Both the position numbers and the translations under genes were made by a program. Shown here piece by piece: positions 47,401-62,400 of a DNA stretch of 64,000 nucleotides (the first letter of the stretch is position 1; the number at the start of each line of letters is the position of its first letter). Source of the stretch: Auanema rhodensis (lineage: Eukaryota > Animalia > Nematoda); the NCBI GenBank assembly GCA_964057225.1, contig OZ059895.1:9486001-9550000 (forward strand), given 5' to 3'. The notes under the pieces are model-generated. The model was not told the origin of the DNA, did not search any database, and saw nothing but the letters and a program-made list of their open reading frames with translations.

Positions 47401-50400
47401 TATAAATCAGTTTCATGTTTCAGTTTTTGAGCATCACAATATTGAAATTTGAATGTTTTTTAATGATTAAAAATTTAAAAAATGAATTTATGAAATAATG
47501 GTAGAAATATAAAATTGTTTAAAATATGGAATTGAATAAAATAGATGAAGTGAACTTGCTTGGAAAATATAAATCAGTTTCATGTTTCAGTTTTTGAGCA
47601 TCACAATATTGAAATTTAAATGTTTTTTAATGATTAAAAATTTAAAAAATGAAATTATGAAATAGTGGTAGAAATATAAAATTGTTTAAAATATGGAATT
47701 GAATAAAATAGATGAAGTGAAATTGCTTGGAAAATATAAATCAGTTTCATGTTTCAGTTTTTGAGCATCACAATATTGAAATTTGAATGTTTTTTAATGA
47801 TTAAAAATTTAAAAAATGAATTTATGAAATAATGGTAGAAATATAAAATTGTTTAAAATATGGAATTGAATAAAATAGATGAAGTGAACTTGCTTGGAAA
47901 ATATAAATCAGTTTCATGTTTTAGTTTTTGAGCATCACAATATTGAAATTTAAATGTTTTTTAATGATTAAAAATTTAAAAAATGAAATTATGAAATAGT
48001 GGTAGAAATATAAAATTGTTTAAAATATGGAATTGAATAAAATAGATGAAGTGAAATTGCTTGGAAAATATAAATCAGTTTCATGTTTCAGTTTTTGAGC
48101 ATCACAATATTGAAATTTGAATGTTTTTTAATGATTAAAAATTTAAAAAATGAATTTATGAAATAATGGTAGAAATATAAAATTGTTTAAAATATGGAAT
48201 TGAATAAAATAGATGAAGTGAACTTGCTTGGAAAATATAAATCAGTTTCATGTTTCAGTTTTTGAGCATCACAATATTGAAATTTAAATGTTTTTTAATG
48301 ATTAAAAATTTAAAAAATGAAATTATGAAATAATGGTAGAAATATAAAATTGTTTAAAATATGGAATTAAATAAAATAGATGGAGTGAAATTGCTTGGAA
48401 AATATTAATCAGTTTCATGTTTCAGTTTTTGAGCATCACAATATTGAAATTTAAATGTTTTTTAATGATTAAAAATTTAAAAAATGAAATTATGAAATAG
48501 TGGTAGAAATATAAAATTGTTTAAAATATGGAATTAAATAAAATAGATGGAGTGAAATTGCTTGGAAAATATAAATCAGTTTCATGTTTCAGTTTTTAAG
48601 CATCACAATATTGAAATTTGAATGTTTTTTTAATGATTAAAAATTTAAAAAATGAAATTATGAAATAGTGGTAGAAATATAAAATTGTTTAAAATATGGA
48701 ATTAAATAAAATAGATGAAGTGAACTTGCTTGGAAAATATGAATCAGTTTCATGTTTCAGTTTTTGAGCATCACAATATTGAAATTTAAATGTTTTTTAA
48801 TGATTAAAAATTTAAAAAATGAAATTATGAAATAATGGTAGAAATATAAAATTGTTTAAAATATGGAATTAAATAAAATAGATGGAGTGAAATTGCTTGC
48901 AAAATATAAATCAGTTTCATGTTTCAGTTTTTGAGCATCACAATATTGAAATTTGAATGTTTTTTTAATGATTAAAAATTTAAAAAATGAAATTATGAAA
49001 TAGTGGTAGAAATATAAAATTGTTTAAAATATGGAATTAAATAAAATAGATGGAGTGAAATTGCTTGGAAAATATAAATCAGTTTCATGTTTTAGTTTTT
49101 GAGCATCACAATATTGAAATTTAAATGTTTTTTAATGATTAAAAATTTAAAAAATGAAATTATGAAATAGTGGTAGAAATATAAAATTGTTTAAAATATG
49201 GAATTGAATAAAATAGATGAAGTGAAATTGCTTGGAAAATATAAATCAGTTTCATGTTTCAGTTTTTGAGCATCACAATATTGAAATTTGAATGTTTTTT
49301 AATGATTAAAAATTTAAAAAATGAATTTATGAAATAATGGTAGAAATATAAAATTGTTTAAAATATGGAATTGAATAAAATAGATGAAGTGAACTTGCTT
49401 GGAAAATATAAATCAGTTTCATGTTTCAGTTTTTGAGCATCACAATATTGAAATTTAAATGTTTTTTAATGATTAAAAATTTAAAAAATGAAATTATGAA
49501 ATAATGGTAGAAATATAAAATTGTTTAAAATATGGAATTAAATAAAATAGATGGAGTGAAATTGCTTGGAAAATATAAATCAGTTTCATGTTTCAGTTTT
49601 TAAGCATCACAATATTGAAATTTGAATGTTTTTTTAATGATTAAAAATTTAAAAAATGAAATTATGAAATAGTGGTAGAAATATAAAATTGTTTGAAATA
49701 TGGAATTAAATAAAATAGATAAAGTGAAATTGCTTGGAAAATATAAATCAGTTTCATGTTTCAGTTCTTGAGCATCACAATATTGAAATTTAAATGTTTT
49801 TTAATGATTAAAAATTTAAAAAATGAAATTATGAAATAGTGGTAGAAATATAAAATTGTTTAAAATATGGAATTGAATAAAATAGATGAAGTGAACTTGC
49901 TTGGAAAATATAAATCAGTTTCATGTTTCAGTTTTTGAGCATCACAATATTGAAATTTAAATGTTTTTTAATGATTAAAAATTTAAAAAATGAAATTATG
50001 AAATAATGGTAGAAATATAAAATTGTTTAAAATATGGAATTAAATAAAATAGATGGAGTGAAATTGCTTGGAAAATATAAATCAGTTTCATGTTTCAGTT
50101 TTTAAGCATCACAATATTGAAATTTGAATGTTTTTTTAATGATTAAAAATTTAAAAAATGAAATTATGAAATAGTGGTAGAAATATAAAATTGTTTGAAA
50201 TATGGAATTAAATAAAATAGATGAAGTGAAATTGCTTGGAAAATATAAATCAGTTTCATGTTTCAGTTCTTGAGCATCACAATATTGAAATTTAAATGTT
50301 TTTTAATGATTAAAAATTTAAAAAATGAAATTATGAAATAGTGGTAGAAATATAAAACTGTTTAAAATATGGAATTAAATAAAATAGATGGAGTGAAATT

Positions 50401-53400
50401 GCTTGGAAAATATGAATCAGTTTCATGTTTCAGTTTTTGAGCATCACAATATTGAAATTTAAATGTTTTTTAATGATTAAAAATTTAAAAAATGAAATTA
50501 TGAAATAATGGTAGAAATATAAAATTGTTTAAAATATGGAATTAAATAAAATAGATGGAGTGAAATTGCTTGGAAAATATAAATCAGTTTCATGTTTCAG
50601 TTTTTAAGCATCACAATATTGAAATTTGAATGTTTTTTTAATGATTAAAAATTTAAAAAATGAAATTATGAAATAATGGTAGAAATATAAAATTGTTTAA
50701 AATATGGAATTAAATAAAATAGATGGAGTGAAATTGCTTGGAAAATATAAATCAGTTTCATGTTTTAGTTTTTGAGCATCACAATATTGAAATTTAAATG
50801 TTTTTTAATGATTAAAAATTTGAAAAATGAAATTATGAAATAGTGGTAGAAATATAAAATTGTCTAAAATATGGAATTAAATAAAATAGATGGAGTGAAA
50901 TTGCTTGGAAAATATAAATCAGTTTCATGTTTCAGTTTTTGAGCATCACAATATTGAAATTTAAATGTTTTTTAATGATTAAAAATTTAAAAAATGAAAT
51001 TATGAAATAATGGTAGAAATATAAAATTGTTTAAAATATGGAATTAAATAAAATAGATGGAGTGAAATTGCTTGTTAAATATAAATCATTTTCATGTTTC
51101 AGTTTTTAAGCATCACAATATTGAAATTTGAATGTTTTTTTAATGATTAAAAATTTAAAAAATGAAATTATGAAATAGTGGTAGAAATATAAAATTGTTT
51201 AAAATATGGAATTAAATAAAATAGATGGAGTGAAATTGCTTGGGAAATATAAATCAGTTCCATGTTTCAATTTTTGAGCATCACAATATTGAAATTTAAA
51301 TGTTTTTTAATGATTAAAAATTTAAAAAATGAAATTATGAAATAGTGGTAGAAATATAAAATTGTTTAAAAAATATGGAATTAAATAAAATAGATGGAGT
51401 GAAATTGCTTGTAAAATATAAATCATTTTCGAATAAAATAGATGAAGTGAACTTGCTTGGAAAATATAAATCAGTTTCATGTTTTAGTTTTTGAGCATCA
51501 CAATATTGAAATTTAAATGTTTTTTAATGATTAAAAATTTAAAAAATGAAATTATGAAATAGTGGTAGAAATATAAAATTGTTTAAAATATGGAATTAAA
51601 TAAAATAGATGTAGTGAACTTGCTTGGAAAATATAAATCAGTTTCATGTTTCAGTTTTTGAGCATCACAATATTGAAATTTAAATGTTTTTTAATGATTA
51701 AAAATTTAAAAAATGAAATTATGAAATAATGGTAGAAATATAAAATTGTTTAAAATATGGAATTAAATAAAATAGATGGAGTGAAATTGCTTGGAAAATA
51801 TAAATCAGTTTCATGTTTCAGTTTTTAAGCATCACAATATTGAAATTTAAATGTTTTTTAATGATTAAAAATTTAAAAAATGAAATTATGAAATAGTGGT
51901 AGAAATATAAAAATGTTTAAAATATGGAATTAAATAAAATAGATGGAGTGAAATTGCTTGGAAAATATAAATCAGTTTCATGTTTCAGTTTTTGAGCATC
52001 ACAATATTGAAGTTTGAATGTTTTTTAATGATTAAAAATTTAAAAAATGAAATTATGAAATAATGGTAGAAATATAAAATTGTTTAAAATATGGAATTGA
52101 ATAAAATAGATGAAGTGAACTTGCTTGGAAAATATGAATCAGTTTCATGTTTTAGTTTTTGAGCATCACAATATTGAAATTTAAATGTTTTTTAATGATT
52201 AAAAATTTAAAAAATGAAATTATGAAATAGTGGTAGAAATATAAAATTGTTTAAAATATGGAATTGAATAAAATAGATGAAGTGAAATTGCTTGGAAAAT
52301 ATAAATCAGTTTCATGTTTCAGTTTTTGAGCATCACAATATTGAAATTTGAATGTTTTTTAATGATTAAAAATTTAAAAAATGAATTTATGAAATAATGG
52401 TAGAAATATAAAATTGTTTAAAATATGGAATTGAATAAAATAGATGAAGTGAACTTGCTTGGAAAATATAAATCAGTTTCATGTTTCAGTTTTTGAGCAT
52501 CACAATATTGAAATTTAAATGTTTTTTAATGATTAAAAATTTAAAAAATGAAATTATGAAATAGTGGTAGAAATATAAAATTGTTTAAAATATGGAATTG
52601 AATAAAATAGATGAAGTGAAATTGCTTGGAAAATATAAATCAGTTTCATGTTTCAGTTTTTGAGCATCACAATATTGAAATTTGAATGTTTTTTAATGAT
52701 TAAAAATTTAAAAAATGAATTTATGAAATAATGGTAGAAATATAAAATTGTTTAAAATATGGAATTGAATAAAATAGATGAAGTGAACTTGCTTGGAAAA
52801 TATAAATCAGTTTCATGTTTTAGTTTTTGAGCATCACAATATTGAAATTTAAATGTTTTTTAATGATTAAAAATTTAAAAAATGAAATTATGAAATAGTG
52901 GTAGAAATATAAAATTGTTTAAAATATGGAATTGAATAAAATAGATGAAGTGAAATTGCTTGGAAAATATAAATCAGTTTCATGTTTCAGTTTTTGAGCA
53001 TCACAATATTGAAATTTGAATGTTTTTTAATGATTAAAAATTTAAAAAATGAATTTATGAAATAATGGTAGAAATATAAAATTGTTTAAAATATGGAATT
53101 GAATAAAATAGATGAAGTGAACTTGCTTGGAAAATATAAATCAGTTTCATGTTTCAGTTTTTGAGCATCACAATATTGAAATTTAAATGTTTTTTAATGA
53201 TTAAAAATTTAAAAAATGAAATTATGAAATAATGGTAGAAATATAAAATTGTTTAAAATATGGAATTAAATGAAATAGATGGAGTGAAATTGCTTGGAAA
53301 ATATTAATCAGTTTCATGTTTCAGTTTTTGAGCATCACAATATTGAAATTTAAATGTTTTTTAATGATTAAAAATTTAAAAAATGAAATTATGAAATAGT

Positions 53401-56400
53401 GGTAGAAATATAAAATTGTTTAAAATATGGAATTAAATAAAATAGATGGAGTGAAATTGCTTGGAAAATATAAATCAGTTTCATGTTTCAGTTTTTAAGC
53501 ATCACAATATTGAAATTTGAATGTTTTTTTAATGATTAAAAATTTAAAAAATGAAATTATGAAATAGTGGTAGAAATATAAAATTGTTTAAAATATGGAA
53601 TTAAATAAAATAGATGAAGTGAACTTGCTTGGAAAATATGAATCAGTTTCATGTTTCAGTTTTTGAGCATCACAATATTGAAATTTAAATGTTTTTTAAT
53701 GATTAAAAATTTAAAAAATGAAATTATGAAATAATGGTAGAAATATAAAATTGTTTAAAATATGGAATTAAATAAAATAGATGGAGTGAAATTGCTTGCA
53801 AAATATAAATCAGTTTCATGTTTCAGTTTTTGAGCATCACAATATTGAAATTTGAATGTTTTTTTAATGATTAAAAATTTAAAAAATGAAATTATGAAAT
53901 AGTGGTAGAAATATAAAATTGTTTAAAATATGGAATTAAATAAAATAGATGGAGTGAAATTGCTTGGAAAATATAAATCAGTTTCATGTTTTAGTTTTTG
54001 AGCATCACAATATTGAAATTTAAATGTTTTTTAATGATTAAAAATTTAAAAAATGAAATTATGAAATAGTGGTAGAAATATAAAATTGTTTAAAATATGG
54101 AATTGAATAAAATAGATGAAGTGAAATTGCTTGGAAAATATAAATCAGTTTCATGTTTCAGTTTTTGAGCATCACAATATTGAAATTTGAATGTTTTTTA
54201 ATGATTAAAAATTTAAAAAATGAATTTATGAAATAATGGTAGAAATATAAAATTGTTTAAAATATGGAATTGAATAAAATAGATGAAGTGAACTTGCTTG
54301 GAAAATATAAATCAGTTTCATGTTTCAGTTTTTGAGCATCACAATATTGAAATTTAAATGTTTTTTAATGATTAAAAATTTAAAAAATGAAATTATGAAA
54401 TAATGGTAGAAATATAAAATTGTTTAAAATATGGAATTAAATAAAATAGATGGAGTGAAATTGCTTGGAAAATATAAATCAGTTTCATGTTTCAGTTTTT
54501 AAGCATCACAATATTGAAATTTGAATGTTTTTTTAATGATTAAAAATTTAAAAAATGAAATTATGAAATAGTGGTAGAAATATAAAATTGTTTGAAATAT
54601 GGAATTAAATAAAATAGATGAAGTGAAATTGCTTGGAAAATATAAATCAGTTTCATGTTTCAGTTCTTGAGCATCACAATATTGAAATTTAAATGTTTTT
54701 TAATGATTAAAAATTTAAAAAATGAAATTATGAAATAGTGGTAGAAATATAAAACTGTTTAAAATATGGAATTAAATAAAATAGATGGAGTGAAATTGCT
54801 TGGAAAATATGAATCAGTTTCATATTTCAGTTTTTGAGCATCACAATATTGAAATTTAAATGTTTTTTAATGATTAAAAATTTAAAAAATGAAATTATGA
54901 AATAATGGTAGAAATATAAAATTGTTTAAAATATGGAATTAAATAAAATAGATGGAGTGAAATTGCTTGGAAAATATAAATCAGTTTCATGTTTCAGTTT
55001 TTAAGCATCACAATATTGAAATTTGAATGTTTTTTTAATGATTAAAAATTTAAAAAATGAAATTATGAAATAGTGGTAGAAATATAAAATTGTTTAAAAT
55101 ATGGAATTAAATAAAATAGATGGAGTGAAATTGCTTGGAAAATATAAATCAGTTTCATGTTTCAGTTTTTGAGCATCACAATATTGAAATTTAAATGTTT
55201 TTTAATGATTAAAAATTTAAAAAATGAAATTATGAAATAGTGGTAGAAATATAAAATTGTTTAAAATATGGAATTGAATAAAATAGATGAAGTGAAATTG
55301 CTTGGAAAATATAAATCAGTTTCATGTTTCAGTTTTTGAGCATCACAATATTGAAATTTGAATGTTTTTTAATGATTAAAAATTTAAAAAATGAATTTAT
55401 GAAATAATGGTAGAAATATAAAATTGTTTAAAATATGGAATTGAATAAAATAGATGAAGTGAACTTGCTTGGAAAATATAAATCAGTTTCATGTTTCAGT
55501 TTTTGAGCATCACAATATTGAAATTTAAATGTTTTTTAATGATTAAAAATTTAAAAAATGAAATTATGAAATAATGGTAGAAATATAAAATTGTTTAAAA
55601 TATGGAATTAAATAAAATAGATGGAGTGAAATTGCTTGGAAAATATAAATCAGTTTCATGTTTCAGTTTTTAAGCATCACAATATTGAAATTTGAATGTT
55701 TTTTTAATGATTAAAAATTTAAAAAATGAAATTATGAAATAGTGGTAGAAATATAAAATTGTTTTAAATATGGAATTAAATAAAATAGATGGAGTGAAAT
55801 TGCTTGGAAAATATAAATCAGTTTCATGTTTCAGTTCTTGAGCATCACAATATTGAAATTTAAATGTTTTTTAATGATTAAAAATTTAAAAAATGAAATT
55901 ATGAAATAGTGGTAGAAATATAAAACTGTTTAAAATATGGAATTAAATAAAATAGATGGAGTGAAATTGCTTGGAAAATATGAATCAGTTTCATGTTTCA
56001 GTTTTTGAGCATCACAATATTGAAATTTAAATGTTTTTTAATGATTAAAAATTTAAAAAATGAAATTATGAAATAATGGTAGAAATATAAAATTGTTTAA
56101 AATATGGAATTAAATAAAATAGATGGAGTGAAATTGCTTGGAAAATATAAATCAGTTTCATGTTTCAGTTTTTAAGCATCACAATATTGAAATTTAAATG
56201 TTTTTTAATGATTAAAAATTTAAAAAATGAAATTATGAAATAGTGGTAGAAATATAAAATTGTTTAAAATATGGAATTAAATAAAATAGATGGAGTGAAA
56301 TTGCTTGGAAAATATAAATCAGTTTCATGTTTCAGTTTTTAAGCATCACAATATTGAAATTTGAATGTTTTTTTAATGATTAAAAATTTAAAAAATGAAA

Positions 56401-59400
56401 TTATGAAATAGTGGTAGAAATATAAAATTGTTTAAAATATGGAATTAAATAAAATAGATGGAGTGAAATTGCTTGGAAAATATAAATCAGTTTCATGTTT
56501 CAGTTTTTAAGCATCACAATATTGAAATTTGAATGTTTTTTAATGATTAAAAATTTAAAAAATGAATTTATGAAATAATGGTAGAAATATAAAATTGTTT
56601 AAAATATGGAATTGAATAAAATAGATGAAGTGAACTTGCTTGGAAAATATAAATCAGTTTCATGTTTCAGTTTTTGAGCATCACAATATTGAAATTTAAA
56701 TGTTTTTTAATGATTAAAAATTTAAAAAATGAAATTATGAAATAGTGGTAGAAATATAAAATTGTTTAAAATATGGAATTGAATAAAATAGATGAAGTGA
56801 ACTTGCTTGGAAAATATAAATCAGTTTCATGTTTCAGTTTTTGAGCATCACAATATTGAAATTTAAATGTTTTTTAATGATTAAAAATTTAAAAAATGAA
56901 ATTATGAAATAATGGTAGAAATATAAAATTGTTTAAAATATGGAATTAAATAAAATAGATGGAGTGAAATTGCTTGGAAAATATAAATCAGTTTCATGTT
57001 TCAGTTTTTGAGCATCAGAATATTGAAATTTAAATGTTTTTTAATGATTAAAAATTTAAAAAATGAAATTATGAAATAGTGGTAGAAATATAAAACTGTT
57101 TAAAATATGGAATTAAATAAAATAGATGGAGTGAAATTGCTTGGAAAATATGAATCAGTTTCATGTTTCAGTTTTTGAGCATCACAATATTGAAATTTAA
57201 ATGTTTTTTAATGATTAAAAATTTAAAAAATGAAATTATGAAATAATGGTAGAAATATAAAATTGTTTAAAATATGGAATTAAATAAAATAGATGGAGTG
57301 AAATTGCTTGGAAAATATAAATCAGTTTCATGTTTCAGTTTTTAAGCATCACAATATTGAAATTTGAATGTTTTTTAATGATTAAAAATTTAAAAAATGA
57401 ATTTATGAAATAATGGTAGAAATATAAAATTGTTTAAAATATGGAATTGAATAAAATAGATGAAGTGAACTTGCTTGGAAAATATAAATCAGTTTCATGT
57501 TTCAGTTTTTGAGCATCACAATATTGAAATTTAAATGTTTTTTAATGATTAAAAATTTAAAAAATGAAATTATGAAATAGTGGTAGAAATATAAAATTGT
57601 TTAAAATATGGAATTGAATAAAATAGATGAAGTGAAATTGCTTGGAAAATATAAATCAGTTTCATGTTTCAGTTTTTGAGCATCACAATATTGAAATTTG
57701 AATGTTTTTTAATGATTAAAAATTTAAAAAATGAATTTATGAAATAATGGTAGAAATATAAAATTGTTTAAAATATGGAATTGAATAAAATAGATGAAGT
57801 GAACTTGCTTGGAAAATATAAATCAGTTTCATGTTTTAGTTTTTGAGCATCACAATATTGAAATTTAAATGTTTTTTAATGATTAAAAATTTAAAAAATG
57901 AAATTATGAAATAGTGGTAGAAATATAAAATTGTTTAAAATATGGAATTGAATAAAATAGATGAAGTGAAATTGCTTGGAAAATATAAATCAGTTTCATG
58001 TTTCAGTTTTTGAGCATCACAATATTGAAATTTGAATGTTTTTTAATGATTAAAAATTTAAAAAATGAATTTATGAAATAATGGTAGAAATATAAAATTG
58101 TTTAAAATATGGAATTGAATAAAATAGATGAAGTGAACTTGCTTGGAAAATATAAATCAGTTTCATGTTTCAGTTTTTGAGCATCACAATATTGAAATTT
58201 AAATGTTTTTTAATGATTAAAAATTTAAAAAATGAAATTATGAAATAATGGTAGAAATATAAAATTGTTTAAAATATGGAATTAAATAAAATAGATGGAG
58301 TGAAATTGCTTGGAAAATATTAATCAGTTTCATGTTTCAGTTTTTGAGCATCACAATATTGAAATTTAAATGTTTTTTAATGATTAAAAATTTAAAAAAT
58401 GAAATTATGAAATAGTGGTAGAAATATAAAATTGTTTAAAATATGGAATTAAATAAAATAGATGGAGTGAAATTGCTTGGAAAATATAAATCAGTTTCAT
58501 GTTTCAGTTTTTAAGCATCACAATATTGAAATTTGAATGTTTTTTTAATGATTAAAAATTTAAAAAATGAAATTATGAAATAGTGGTAGAAATATAAAAT
58601 TGTTTAAAATATGGAATTAAATAAAATAGATGAAGTGAACTTGCTTGGAAAATATGAATCAGTTTCATGTTTCAGTTTTTGAGCATCACAATATTGAAAT
58701 TTAAATGTTTTTTAATGATTAAAAATTTAAAAAATGAAATTATGAAATAATGGTAGAAATATAAAATTGTTTAAAATATGGAATTAAATAAAATAGATGG
58801 AGTGAAATTGCTTGCAAAATATAAATCAGTTTCATGTTTCAGTTTTTGAGCATCACAATATTGAAATTTGAATGTTTTTTTAATGATTAAAAATTTAAAA
58901 AATGAAATTATGAAATAGTGGTAGAAATATAAAATTGTTTAAAATATGGAATTAAATAAAATAGATGGAGTGAAATTGCTTGGAAAATATAAATCAGTTT
59001 CATGTTTTAGTTTTTGAGCATCACAATATTGAAATTTAAATGTTTTTTAATGATTAAAAATTTAAAAAATGAAATTATGAAATAGTGGTAGAAATATAAA
59101 ATTGTTTAAAATATGGAATTGAATAAAATAGATGAAGTGAAATTGCTTGGAAAATATAAATCAGTTTCATGTTTCAGTTTTTGAGCATCACAATATTGAA
59201 ATTTGAATGTTTTTTAATGATTAAAAATTTAAAAAATGAATTTATGAAATAATGGTAGAAATATAAAATTGTTTAAAATATGGAATTGAATAAAATAGAT
59301 GAAGTGAACTTGCTTGGAAAATATAAATCAGTTTCATGTTTCAGTTTTTGAGCATCACAATATTGAAATTTAAATGTTTTTTAATGATTAAAAATTTAAA

Positions 59401-62400
59401 AAATGAAATTATGAAATAATGGTAGAAATATAAAATTGTTTAAAATATGGAATTAAATAAAATAGATGGAGTGAAATTGCTTGGAAAATATAAATCAGTT
59501 TCATGTTTCAGTTTTTAAGCATCACAATATTGAAATTTGAATGTTTTTTTAATGATTAAAAATTTAAAAAATGAAATTATGAAATAGTGGTAGAAATATA
59601 AAATTGTTTGAAATATGGAATTAAATAAAATAGATGAAGTGAAATTGCTTGGAAAATATAAATCAGTTTCATGTTTCAGTTCTTGAGCATCACAATATTG
59701 AAATTTAAATGTTTTTTAATGATTAAAAATTTAAAAAATGAAATTATGAAATAGTGGTAGAAATATAAAATTGTTTAAAATATGGAATTGAATAAAATAG
59801 ATGAAGTGAACTTGCTTGGAAAATATAAATCAGTTTCATGTTTCAGTTTTTGAGCATCACAATATTGAAATTTAAATGTTTTTTAATGATTAAAAATTTA
59901 AAAAATGAAATTATGAAATAATGGTAGAAATATAAAATTGTTTAAAATATGGAATTAAATAAAATAGATGGAGTGAAATTGCTTGGAAAATATAAATCAG
60001 TTTCATGTTTCAGTTTTTAAGCATCACAATATTGAAATTTGAATGTTTTTTTAATGATTAAAAATTTAAAAAATGAAATTATGAAATAGTGGTAGAAATA
60101 TAAAATTGTTTGAAATATGGAATTAAATAAAATAGATGAAGTGAAATTGCTTGGAAAATATAAATCAGTTTCATGTTTCAGTTCTTGAGCATCACAATAT
60201 TGAAATTTAAATGTTTTTTAATGATTAAAAATTTAAAAAATGAAATTATGAAATAGTGGTAGAAATATAAAACTGTTTAAAATATGGAATTAAATAAAAT
60301 AGATGGAGTGAAATTGCTTGGAAAATATGAATCAGTTTCATGTTTCAGTTTTTGAGCATCACAATATTGAAATTTAAATGTTTTTTAATGATTAAAAATT
60401 TAAAAAATGAAATTATGAAATAATGGTAGAAATATAAAATTGTTTAAAATATGGAATTAAATAAAATAGATGGAGTGAAATTGCTTGGAAAATATAAATC
60501 AGTTTCATGTTTCAGTTTTTAAGCATCACAATATTGAAATTTGAATGTTTTTTTAATGATTAAAAATTTAAAAAATGAAATTATGAAATAATGGTAGAAA
60601 TATAAAATTGTTTAAAATATGGAATTAAATAAAATAGATGGAGTGAAATTGCTTGGAAAATATAAATCAGTTTCATGTTTTAGTTTTTGAGCATCACAAT
60701 ATTGAAATTTAAATGTTTTTTAATGATTAAAAATTTGAAAAATGAAATTATGAAATAGTGGTAGAAATATAAAATTGTCTAAAATATGGAATTAAATAAA
60801 ATAGATGGAGTGAAATTGCTTGGAAAATATAAATCAGTTTCATGTTTCAGTTTTTGAGCATCACAATATTGAAATTTAAATGTTTTTTAATGATTAAAAA
60901 TTTAAAAAATGAAATTATGAAATAATGGTAGAAATATAAAATTGTTTAAAATATGGAATTAAATAAAATAGATGGAGTGAAATTGCTTGTTAAATATAAA
61001 TCATTTTCATGTTTCAGTTTTTAAGCATCACAATATTGAAATTTGAATGTTTTTTTAATGATTAAAAATTTAAAAAATGAAATTATGAAATAGTGGTAGA
61101 AATATAAAATTGTTTAAAATATGGAATTAAATAAAATAGATGGAGTGAAATTGCTTGGGAAATATAAATCAGTTCCATGTTTCAATTTTTGAGCATCACA
61201 ATATTGAAATTTAAATGTTTTTTAATGATTAAAAATTTAAAAAATGAAATTATGAAATAGTGGTAGAAATATAAAATTGTTTAAAAAATATGGAATTAAA
61301 TAAAATAGATGGAGTGAAATTGCTTGTAAAATATAAATCATTTTCGAATAAAATAGATGAAGTGAACTTGCTTGGAAAATATAAATCAGTTTCATGTTTT
61401 AGTTTTTGAGCATCACAATATTGAAATTTAAATGTTTTTTAATGATTAAAAATTTAAAAAATGAAATTATGAAATAGTGGTAGAAATATAAAATTGTTTA
61501 AAATATGGAATTAAATAAAATAGATGTAGTGAACTTGCTTGGAAAATATAAATCAGTTTCATGTTTCAGTTTTTGAGCATCACAATATTGAAATTTAAAT
61601 GTTTTTTAATGATTAAAAATTTAAAAAATGAAATTATGAAATAATGGTAGAAATATAAAATTGTTTAAAATATGGAATTAAATAAAATAGATGGAGTGAA
61701 ATTGCTTGGAAAATATAAATCAGTTTCATGTTTCAGTTTTTAAGCATCACAATATTGAAATTTAAATGTTTTTTAATGATTAAAAATTTAAAAAATGAAA
61801 TTATGAAATAGTGGTAGAAATATAAAAATGTTTAAAATATGGAATTAAATAAAATAGATGGAGTGAAATTGCTTGGAAAATATAAATCAGTTTCATGTTT
61901 CAGTTTTTGAGCATCACAATATTGAAGTTTGAATGTTTTTTAATGATTAAAAATTTAAAAAATGAAATTATGAAATAATGGTAGAAATATAAAATTGTTT
62001 AAAATATGGAATTGAATAAAATAGATGAAGTGAACTTGCTTGGAAAATATGAATCAGTTTCATGTTTTAGTTTTTGAGCATCACAATATTGAAATTTAAA
62101 TGTTTTTTAATGATTAAAAATTTAAAAAATGAAATTATGAAATAGTGGTAGAAATATAAAATTGTTTAAAATATGGAATTGAATAAAATAGATGAAGTGA
62201 AATTGCTTGGAAAATATAAATCAGTTTCATGTTTCAGTTTTTGAGCATCACAATATTGAAATTTGAATGTTTTTTAATGATTAAAAATTTAAAAAATGAA
62301 TTTATGAAATAATGGTAGAAATATAAAATTGTTTAAAATATGGAATTGAATAAAATAGATGAAGTGAACTTGCTTGGAAAATATAAATCAGTTTCATGTT

